From positions 88,660,001-88,724,000 of the forward strand of contig OZ024745.1 of the NCBI GenBank assembly GCA_964016885.1: a stretch of 64,000 nucleotides of DNA, read 5' to 3'. Under the pieces are notes generated by a model. That model searched no databases and was not told the origin of the DNA. It saw only the letters and a list, made by a program, of their open reading frames with translations. Shown here piece after piece: positions 43,401 through 54,822 of this stretch (within the stretch, counting starts at the first letter, position 1; each line of letters starts with the position of its first letter). The translations under genes and the position numbers were made by a program. The DNA comes from Eledone cirrhosa. Taxonomy: Eukaryota.

Positions 43401-45047
43401 TCTGGAAGCTTAAACATCAGAATATAGAGCACTGCTTATCCTGGTCCATAATTTGCTCAGCCCAACCTTATAACGGCAGCACTGGCGTCTGCAATTTATG
43501 TATAGCTGAAACCTTTAATATTATTACAGGCGGCCCCCTATTAATTAATAGGAGAGCATATTTTTTCAGCAACTGCCAACATAGAACCTCGAAAATCTTC
43601 CGCAGGATTTTTGGAAGGTAACCTACCACTAACTCCTCCATCTCTACTTTAGCCATAGAGTTCTCTCAATAAACAGACAGTTACAAACTTAGGTAGTTAG
43701 ACGGCTATGATTGTTTGCGTACTTACAAACGATACTCGGCCTGTTTCCACGGATTTCTCACAGCTGAGTGCTCTTTTTTAGAATACCTAGCTATTAAATA
43801 GTTAGATTGACTACACACTTAGTTAGGACAGATTACGCTCTATATACATAACTCTACACACACTACCCGTTTCCTTTAGACATTGAGCTCCCACAATTAC
43901 GACTGTCACGTTCTTACCGACTGAACACTACACCAGGTTTTGATCCGTGATCATCTAAGCATGGAGGACTCACTGTTACGGATTGAACAATAATACTGAC
44001 ACACCATTAATGGGCCTACACACATCCTTTGGATTTTACTATGATGTGTTAGATAACACACTTTCTGTGTTAGATAACACACCTCCACCACTCAAACAAC
44101 AATCTTAAAAGCTCTGTGGCCCATATGACGGGAAATCGCACTTGCGGACGCATTTACCCAATACCCAACCCTACATGGGGCCCATTGCTGGCTTACATTG
44201 CGGTTGCTTGCACGCACAGATTTGGTGACTCGGATTCTCAATGGGATGGCGGTACATACCCGTACATACCATTTTTTGGACGATTCGGATGTGTATATAC
44301 CATAACATACACTTGAAGATATGGATGTTACAATTCGATCTATACACGTATAGCAGAACACTGAACTGAACTTACTTGCGTGTGTGTGTGTGTGTGGGGG
44401 GGGGGGGGGGGTTAACCCAATATTTCCAATGTACCTCGCCAAATTGAGATTTGACCAATATAGCTTCTGTTGCTTTGTGAACTAACTTTCGGTGAGTGCT
44501 GTGTTGGTACATTCTTATATTTGTTTTATTATATTTGTTTTCTTATATTTATAGTTTCTCGGACATCGCTTCGGTGTGTGTGAAAGTGTGTGTGTACCCA
44601 CCCACACTAACTCTACAGGTTTAATACTGTGTTGATGTGTGTATATATATGTATATATTTTTCTTTGACCTCGAGCCGGTGTATGTGGGTGTGGAATGTG
44701 TGTGCACCCACTCACATTAACGCTGACTTACTGTATTCCTACAGATTTGATTGATGTACAGCGTCTTTTGCAGCGATAGAAATCTGAAAACTTGTAATAC
44801 CTCAACTGAAGCTAATAGCAGTGGCCGTGTTTCTGACTGATCTCTCTCTCCATATGAGGGAATGAATTCTGTGAGAGAACATCGTTATTTTTTCTCCCTC
44901 ATATCAAGAATTGGAAGACAGTTCATTTTCACCTGATGAGATCAGTGATAATTGATCATGGCTTCACAATCTATCTATCTCTTATTGAAACATGTGTCGT
45001 GATTAAATGATTGGAATTTACCTAGCCTTTCGGATTTTCATTTTGAT
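40430..45047 (+). mobile_element. PLE family B second copy (ORF about 40858-43621, disrupted), divergent from the first
   Basis: Same motifs on plus; long 3' UTR with HHR; ends at TATATA near 45047. Confidence 0.9.
44929..45002 (+). ncRNA. Type I HHR with extended stem II (also 40076-40145 minus; core-deleted copy 35708-35773 minus)
   Basis: TCAC CTGATGA GAT(A/C)AG...CTTAT(C/T) GAAA CATGTG TC GTGA. The copy at 35.7 kb shows a perfect GATAAG/CTTATC stem II. Confidence 0.75.
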
Positions 45048-45950
45048 ATATATAATATATGTAGAAATAAACACAGTAAATTGTGTGTCTAAAATTACAA
45101 GGGTTGAAATACCACATTGGTTTGATAAATTTAACCTGAAGCAAACGGAAAATATAGAGTAGATATACAGACCATCTCAATAACTATTTCATCTCTCGGA
45201 CAGATTAGATATTTAATCAGTTTCGCCTTGAAATTTGTGTTTGTAACAGATAATCCGTAGGCTTTCCTCAGCGAGAGATAAGATCAAATAGAACAAACAC
45301 ATACATCTAAAAGTCACACGAGTGAATATCTCACTTCGTGCGATGGACGTTAGAAGTGGTGTGAGTGCATATGCTAAAAACAATAGCCTTAATACACCCA
45401 ACTTATAAGCTCACCTATTTAGTGGCCGAAATACTTTGAGCTTGTTAATTGCAGGGTATCAATATGAGTTAGTAACTCTGTATTTTATTTGTATTTCGGC
45501 TTCCTAACTAGGTGAGCTTATAAGTTGGGTGTATTAAGGCTATTGTTTTTGGCATATCCACTCTCACCACTTCTAACGTCCAGCGCATGAGGTGAGATAT
45601 TCACTCGTGTGACTTTTAGTTGTATGTGTTTGTTCCATTTAATCTTATCTCTCGCTGAGGAAAGCCTACGGATTATCTGTTTCAAACACAAATTTCAAGG
45701 CGAAACAGATTAAATATCTAATCTGTCCGAGAGATGAAATAGTTATTGAGACGGTCTGTATATCTGCTCTATATTTTCCGTTTGCTTCAGGTTAAACTTA
45801 TCAAACCAATGTGGTATTTCAACCCTCGTAATTTTAGACACACAATTTACTGTATTTATTTCTACATATATTATTATATATTGCGCCGTATTTATACTTT
45901 GAGGTGGTAATTACAGGGTATCAGTATGCGTTAGTAACTCTGTATTTTAT
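45048..45950. mobile_element. Retrozyme-like unit of about 463 bp (plus, about 1.1 copies, 45431-45950) with an inverted partial copy (45048-45434)
   Basis: ATACTTTGAG...GTAACTCTGTATTTTAT repeated at 45431 and 45894; inverted arms of about 390 bp. Confidence 0.85.
45647..45735 (+). ncRNA. Complete type I hammerhead ribozyme (mirror copy 45191-45279 minus)
   Basis: ATCTCTCG CTGAGGA AAGCCT...AGGC GAAA CAGATTA-AATATC-TAATCTG TC CGAGAGAT. Stem I is 8 bp, stem III is 7 bp, and the cleavage triplet is GUC. Confidence 0.85.
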
Positions 45951-45953
45951 GTG

Positions 45954-45985
<32 letters not shown>

Positions 45986-46477
45986 AGTGTGTGTGTGCGC
46001 GTATGTGTGTGTGTGTATGTGTGTGTGTATGTTTGTGTCCGTGTCTGTGTGTGTCTGTTAGTGTCTGCCTGTCTGTGTGTGTCTGTGGTCTGTGTGTGTA
46101 GTTGAGGTGCATGTTACATCTTTAGTTCAAATCCCATAAGAGATCATTGAATGACAAGTGAATGAACGCAGTTTCAACTTAGTTCCGCCTCGTTCAAATT
46201 GATATAATTAGTCTAATGTATGCTCTTTAGGGAGACGTTATAAATATGTACAGAAATAGGAGACTCAACAACCGGTAATGAAATATTTACTATAAATGAA
46301 CTCCCTAAAATACGTTATATTCCATAGAACTAATGCGGTAATTACTTATTCATCAGAATATTGATTTACTCTCGCTCAAAAGTATTTATATTGTAGAATA
46401 CAGCAAGTATCACGGTTTCAACCTGGTTTGGGTGGTATTAACTTTTAATGGATAATGGTGCTGTACGTTCCCTTGTG

Positions 46478-46508
<31 letters not shown>

Positions 46509-46560
46509 TGTGTGTGTGTGTATGTGTGTGAGTGCGTGTGTGTATATGTGTGTATACATA

Positions 46561-46641
<81 letters not shown>

Positions 46642-47266
46642 CATATATACATACACCCCATATATACAGTATATATGCGAGTTCATGTGTGTTTATATAT
46701 ATATGCAGGTGTGGCTATGTGTGTGTGTCTGTACGTGTTTGAGGTATATAGCCATGTACCATGTCATTAGTTAGCCAGCCTGGCGGAAACCTTCCGTATC
46801 CAGACACATTCATAAGGGAATGTAACACGTAACAATATTACAAAACAAAGGCAATATTTATCGATTACATTGTTCTCCTGTGGTGAGGCGTATCTAACTA
46901 TGGAAATTATATGTTTCAACGTAATCATGTGATAACTACGTCTTATTGTAATTAACACAACACACTACCTATGTGCATTTCTGAATATAAACCCTTCCCA
47001 TTGGCAGTATATAATATAACAAAATATAACATGTTGTTAAATTATATACCATGTTTTTCTAAACATTAAGAAGACGGTCCTGCATTAGGAAGAGAGGAGA
47101 AGCAGGGATAAAGGGAGTGTTAGACAGAAAGAGAGAGAGAGAGAGGTGGGTATATATATGTATATATATATGCATCTGACGAGACCACGTGAATAACCAT
47201 GAAACAGAAATATATATAATGCAATAAACAATTATATTGATTTAAATCCGCCCTAACTACCATTAT

Positions 47267-47304
<38 letters not shown>

Positions 47305-47307
<3 letters not shown>

Positions 47308-47482
47308 TGTTTCATTCTTTAGAAATCATCAGGAATTTCCTGAGATTCCTGATGATTTCTAAATCATAAAGAATGAAACAGTTCTAGTCCTGTAGAATCG
47401 CATCTATATTAAAACCGTTATACTCTGCTATGTATTGAGTACCTTACTTACTGTGGTTACCTCCGATTCAACCCGGAATAAC
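47305..47482. mobile_element. Tiny head-to-head HHR-bearing insertion in (TA)n (family F; relatives at 15063-15125 plus and 19585-19635 minus)
   Basis: CTGTTTCATTCTTTAGAAATCATCAGGAA inverted against TTC CTGATGA TTTCT...AGAAT GAAA CAGTTCTAG TC CTGT. Confidence 0.75.
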
Positions 47483-47521
<39 letters not shown>

Positions 47522-47525
<4 letters not shown>

Positions 47526-49585
47526 AAACTGGAACGGGAACAAAAACAGACAGGCACTACGAACAAAGGTTTATTAGTTTCACGCACTTGAGAGTGGGGG
47601 GTGGGGGAGGACGTTTTGGGCATAAGCCCTTCTTCAGGAGAAAAGTGGGTGGGAAGAGAGTTCCGAGGGTGTGTTGGGGAGTGGTGGAGAGACATTTAGA
47701 AAAAAGAGGGGGGGACGGGGGAAGGGGTACAAATAAAAATAAAAATAAAAATAAACATAAAGATAAACAAGTGGCGGAAGGGTGTGGGGTGTGTAGGGGT
47801 GGTGGCGGGTCGAGTAGGGAGAGGGAGGCGGTTTACCGAACCGAGAGGCCTGAAGTTGGTGTTTGTGTATGTGTGTAGATGTACGTGTGTGTGTATGTGA
47901 ATATGAGAGTTGGGGAAAGAACGAGGTTCCATGTTCTGGAAAAGGTGTGTGTGTGGGGTGGGGTGTGTTTGGGGAGGGGTCAGAGGGGTGGGGAGGGGGT
48001 AGTATTGCGGAGGCTGAGTGTGTATATGTGGGGGTACGCACGTGTGTGTTGTTGTTTATACGTGGTGTCGATGAATGTGGCGGGGTTCGAAAAAAATTGT
48101 GGGTGTATGTATTTCCGTGGGTAAGTTCCTAAGTTAGTTTCGTCGAGTGTGGGATGAGGTGCCGGATATTTTTTATGTTATGGAGTGGATAGCTGGAACG
48201 ATTAACGGTTGTGTGTAATCCGTTGGTTGTGGTGGTCGGTAGTGGGGAGATGTGGGGTGCGCGCGCAACAGGAAGTGGTCATAGGGTCAAGGCAGGATGA
48301 AGGCATAGCAGTAGAGGAGAATGACAGGTGGAGAAAGTCAGTGTGTGGTGAGGACTGTGTGTCTGTGTGTGCAGAGGTGCGGTGGACAGGGTAGAGGATG
48401 GGTTGGTGTGAAAGATGGAGTGTAGAGGGGGTAATGTGGGGGGTGGGGTGGATAGGGTGTGTATTAGTAGATGTGTTGGTCGGATGTGTGTGGAGTGGGG
48501 ATAGGGAGAGCAAGAGAAAAGGTGTGGGTTCGAGGGATGGAGTGTAGTGTACTGGTGTATATGTGCATGTTTGGATGCGTGTGTGTGGTATAGGGGGTGT
48601 TAGTGGGTGTTAGTATACTGGTGGTGGGGAATGTGTTGAAAGCGGGTGTGTTGGGGGGTTAGTGGTAGATGGGTGTGTAGTGTGGGTGGTGTATGTAGGT
48701 GTGTGGGAAGATGTGTTTTCGTGTGCGTGGGGTCGGGGAGATGTTAATGGTATTAGTTGTGGGGTGGTAGGAGTGGATGTGAGGGTGAGGGTTAGTGGTG
48801 GTAGTAGGGTGTGTGGATAGTGTAAGTGCGTGTACAGGTGGGTGGGTGCGTGTTAGGGGGAGAGGTGGGGATGTTAGTATCGTTAGTTATTGGGTGGGCC
48901 AGGGGGTGGGCGGTGAAAAGGAGGCGTGTGTTGTGGTGTTAGTGGTGTTAGTGGGGGATATGTATGTAGGGGGGAGGGCACAGGGTGGTCGAAGGCTAAA
49001 GGAATAGGGGTGGGTAGTTCAGGGCAGGGGGAGTGGGGCTCTGTAGGGTGAAGATGGTGCGTTGTTCGACCGTGAGGCGGGTGGCGGGTGTTCGATGGCA
49101 ATGGAGTAGGCCACCGACTGTGAGGTGGTGGGGCGGAATGTCCAGGGGAGCCAAAGTGGCGGGCGATGGGGGAACTCCCGCCGAGACTAATATCCCGGAG
49201 GTATTCAGTGAAACGGGCCGCCAGGCGACGTCCAGTCTGTCCGACGTAGGCTGCGCTGCACACGGTGCAGCGAAGTCCATAGACTAGGTTGGAGGAGGTG
49301 CAGCGGAAGGCGTGCCGGACAGAGAGAGAGTGGTCGTTGGGACCCTGGAAGGTGGTGGTGGTGTTGGTGATGTGGGGAAAGGTGTGGCAACGAGGCCTGG
49401 AGCAAGGAAGGGAACGGGGTGGAGTAAGAAGAGCGTGGGTTGGGGTAGGGAGCTGCGGACGAGAAAGGTGCGGAGATTGCGTGCGCGTTTGAAAAAGGGG
49501 AGGAGTGAGGATGGGAAGATGTGGGAGGTGGAGGGGTCGGACTGGAGGTGTCGGAAGAGGCGGCGGGTGGTAGGATGGAGGGGTG
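47522..49585 (-). mobile_element. PLE family C (Neptune-like), 5'-truncated: GIY-YIG domain, long C-rich 3' UTR and HHR at 47609-47642
   Basis: FKRARNLRTFLVRSSL, PCSRPRC, CTSSNLVYGLRCTVCSAAYVGQTGRRLAARF and PIARHF. HHR-like CTGAAGA AGGGC-TTAT-GCCC (A)AAA CG TC. 3' end joined to (TA)n. Confidence 0.88.
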
Positions 49586-49868
49586 GATATATATATACAT
49601 ATATAAGACAGTATATATAGAAAAATACACAAAGAGGTATGTGTTCAATTATAGGGGATAGATTATCACCAGAGTGAAAAACATATTGTTTAGGAAAGTG
49701 ATGGAGAATACATATCAATTTAAAGAATAAATTAAAATGCACAAACTATCCTTTTATAGATATAACACCTGGACTAACTCGAATAAGAGAATGTTTAGCC
49801 ATAAAAAGTGAAGATTCCATATTGCAGAGGGCTTAATAACATCTCATTGTATTTTTGTTTCCGTTTAC

Positions 49869-50958
<1,090 letters not shown>

Positions 50959-50969
50959 ATATATATATA

Positions 50970-53039
50970 TAAATATTTATTAAAATAACAGATTAAAGTT
51001 TAAGCAAAGAATCGCTGCTTTCACCCTTAACGGGATCTTCTGAAACTAACAAAGTCAATCTGTAAACGCAGAAGTGGATATTTCAAAAAACGTTGCAACC
51101 GGAGGAAGACAGGAAGACGATACTTTGGTTCGTGGAAACGTTCCCTGGCAAAGAACGGGGAAAAACGAATATAATACGTCATTAATAGGAGCGGTGAAAA
51201 ACAATTACACGCAAAGACAGAACCACGTTTATGGTATAAAAGAAGTCGTAGACTAATGTTCTCTTAGGTGGTTCATAGTGACGTTCTCTGGCAATGAACG
51301 GAAAAAACGAAGATAATACGTCATATGTGGAGCGTGGAGAACAATTGCACGCAAAGACAAAACCACGTAAATGGTATAGCTGAAGTCGTAGACTAAAATT
51401 CTAACTAGGAAACCGAATGATTGTCCGCTTCAAATTTAAGAATAAAGTAAATGAAATACAATACAGAGGTAATTGAAATTAAATAAATACATACACGCAT
51501 CCAAATACGTACATACAAGCATACGCGAAAACACTCGCCATAGGTATACAAAACCACGCACATATAAATATGTGTGTGTGTGTGTGTGCGTGTATACAAA
51601 TAAATAAGTAATTAAATAAACGTATATAAATAAATAAATACGTATATAACAAACGCACACACATACCTACATGTCAATACACAAATGTTCGGAGACGTAC
51701 GTCAACCAAAAGTACTCATGAAGTACACATATATACACACCCAACATACGTACGAACCCGCATACTCAAACAGACGCAAATCTCCCGTATACACATAACC
51801 AAAAGCATATGTATCAGAATATATAAAAATATACGCCATAACATATACAATCAAATATACGTACGAGAAAGTATACGTACCTTCACAAAAAATACAGGTA
51901 ATATATACTTACCTATGCAAATAAGTAATGTTATAAACATAACATATACTTAGCCACCACATCAAGACGTAAAATATCCACTTATAGATCGTACTATCCG
52001 TTAGCGTATAATGTGGGGCTGTAATACAGGAAAGTTTTGTGCAATTTATGTTTACAAGCCGAAATTGCATCAGATTCTTCGTTTAAGATGTGGTCTGTGG
52101 CGTAGAGTATTTCCAGGGCCTCGGCGGCGCAGTGGTCACATCATCTTTTATTTCCGTTATACGATTTAGCTCTAGCTAGGATATCCCAGTGTATATTATA
52201 ATGGGTGTGGTTGTCTTTTAGACTCCAGATATAAGCTGAAAGTGACGTCATATTCCTTCTTAGAGGGTAACGAAAAGAATGGGTATGCATGTAAAGACGC
52301 TGCTTGAATCTATTGGCGGTTAACCCTATGTAGGCACTACGTGACGTGGGTGTTTCAACCTTACATTTGTAGACAATGTTACTAGAGAGGCATTTCCCGG
52401 ATAGGGGGCAATCAACCCGATTCCTACAATTACAGTTAGTACTAGCTACAGGGTTGCACGTGTTCCTACGGCTAGGTAGTTTAGTTAAATTTGAAGCCGT
52501 GATGTTAAGTGCAAGGTTAGGAGTCGTAGAGTAAGAAATTTTAATAGTATTTCTATTAAAAATTGTACTATATTTATGTGTAGGGGGAAAATGCTTCGTA
52601 ATAAGGTATAGAAAGATCTTAGCTAATGGTGTGGCCACCTCGATATTATTTGGTGGGTTATACCATATAATGCGACGGATCTATTTCTTCTAGGTCTATT
52701 CTCGTACTCTGTATATGCTACCTTATCGACAAATCCACTCCGAGCAAGAGCTTCATTGTAATAAGTGGCATGGTCGCTGAAAATATGCTCGTTAGTAGAT
52801 AGACGGGATAGCCTCAACGAAAAGTTTCTTACCAGGTTCTTGGTTATGCTGGCAGGAATGCTTACTTTTGTAATTAAGCGTATCATCCGGCTTTCTATAC
52901 GGGTAATACAAGCCATTCGATAAATTGAGGGTAACGTCGAGGTAATTAACGACCGAGAGGTTGGCCGGTTCTTATATATTTGATATATATTTACCTTATC
53001 GAGCCCTCTTTGGATTTTAGTCTTCAAATTTATTATTAT

Positions 53040-53043
<4 letters not shown>
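50970..53043 (-). mobile_element. PLE family G (Naiad-like), 5'-truncated, capped by an inverted 3'-terminal piece (52966-53043 plus)
   Basis: [47 protein letters not shown]...YIG and CDHC...CKH. Terminal sequences match the mini-insertions at 21457-21820. Confidence 0.85.
51125..51405. repeat. Diverged direct tandem duplication of about 140 bp in the family G 3' UTR
   Basis: ACGTTC(C/T)CTGGCAA...ACGCAAAGACA...GAAGTCGTAGACTAA occurs twice. Confidence 0.8.
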
Positions 53044-53126
<83 letters not shown>

Positions 53127-53134
53127 TATAAATA

Positions 53135-53204
<70 letters not shown>

Positions 53205-53305
53205 CATCCGTATAGTAAATTCTTGATGATTTTTTAGGTCAACAATCTATGGTGTTTTCCAACTTAAGCACGCAACGTTGTGGTTCCCTAAACGGCATCC
53301 CACGA

Positions 53306-53411
53306 AATATATATAATAAGGGAAGAAGAAGCTTTTATTTATTCAACGCCGTTTTATTTCCTATAAAATAAAATAAAATGGAATTGAAAAAATAAAAGCT
53401 TCTTCTTCCCC

Positions 53412-53417
<6 letters not shown>
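53306..53417. repeat. Mini palindromic insertion in (TA)n
   Basis: TATAATAAGGGAAGAAGAAGCTTTTATTT versus AAATAAAAGCTTCTTCTTCCCCTATTATA. Confidence 0.8.
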
Positions 53418-53473
<56 letters not shown>

Positions 53474-53480
53474 ATATATA

Positions 53481-53512
<32 letters not shown>

Positions 53513-53759
53513 TTGATAGAGAGAGAAATAGAGACAGAAAGAGACAGGGAGAGAGTGAGAGAGTTAAAGGTGAGATAAAGACGATAAAGTGTACCGAATA
53601 TACAATCGAACATTTCGATTCTAATAAAAATGCTGGACTTATAAAGAAAGAACATCTCACGTTTCCATCAATTCTTTTAGTTATTACCATTATAACTTCC
53701 ATGTTGATTTCTTCTCACTCAGACGCCCATAACATTCATTAAACAAACAAAACTACAAA

Positions 53760-54210
53760 TATTTCTAATTTAGGCAAAAGGCCAGTAATATGAGGATACG
53801 GACTAGTAGATTAATAAGCAAAATTTTGTTTTCGCTCTTACATAGCTGATACGTAAATGCATTCGTGAGTGAATAATAACGATATTATAATAATATTATT
53901 AATGTTCGATTAGTTTGCAAGCAAAGGATGATGTTAATCGTCTAGAAAACATGTAGTTATGAGGCTGTTTGCTTGCAACCGAATCGAATATTAATATTAT
54001 AATAATATTATTATTATTATTGACTCATGAATACGTGGCTAGTAGATTATACTGGCACTTGCATTTAATTAGTATTTAATTTTATTGAACAGGGAGGATG
54101 AAAGGTAAATTTGACATCGGTGGGATTTGAACTGAGAATATAAGAAGCCTGAACAAATTCCTGAACAAGATTTTGCCCAACGCTCTAACAATTCAACCAA
54201 CCCATCGCTC
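53760..54210 (-). mobile_element. Decayed SINE interrupted by an inverted repeat of about 175 bp (53860-54035)
   Basis: TTTCTAATTTAGGCA at 53762 and GGATGAAAGG...GATTTGAACT at about 54095-54133. Inverted arms resemble 27507-27600. Confidence 0.6.
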
Positions 54211-54822
54211 TATAATGCCTGTTACTTTACATAATTTCAATAGACATATGTAGAGAACCTTACAGAATATTGTTTCTCTCATTTATTTTGCTTGTTCTAG
54301 CTGATATTTAGTATCATGAAGAGAAGAAGGTGGATAGGTAAAAGAATATAGAAACGAACCTAAACTGCAAGGGTTCGCCCAATTACTGAAACTAACATCT
54401 CTCTTAACCTTTGAAAATAATGAAGCTTGTGAAACCAGTAAAGTTATTGTAGTAAATAAACCTTCTTAAAGGCTCCAATTGCATTTTCGACTTCTTTTCC
54501 CTATATATATATATATATATATGAAAAATATGGGTGAGAAGAATACTGCTGGTTGCACATGGATAACATGTTATAAAATGAGTCCCTCATCAGTGATTTA
54601 CCAAACGATCATGGATATTTCATCGCATTAAAAATCATATACCTCACGTTGGAGCGATAATAACTAAAATAAGTTATTAGGACAATAGAAACGCGTAAAG
54701 CGAGTGAGACAAGTAAACAACACAGGGGGAAGCTAACCGAAGATGGAAATAAACACAAGCAACATAGTTATTCTTTCAGCATAAGCTGTGTGAATATATG
54801 AGCGAGTCAGAAACAGACCTTT

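Noticed and set aside
32948-45047. Large palindromes as assembly or chimeric-read artefacts
   Set aside because: The arms differ by many substitutions and indels, and have different endpoints and asymmetric spacers. Long-read confirmation is still advisable.
52141-52143. In-frame TGA in the Naiad-like family G ORF as selenocysteine (reported for some Naiads)
   Set aside because: It aligns with a variable residue just before the conserved C-x2-C (V in family B), not with a Cys. CGA-to-TGA decay is simpler, and no SECIS was recognised.
54560-54600. Minus-strand CTGATGAG as a hammerhead
   Set aside because: No downstream GAAA or closing stems were found; at most a remnant.
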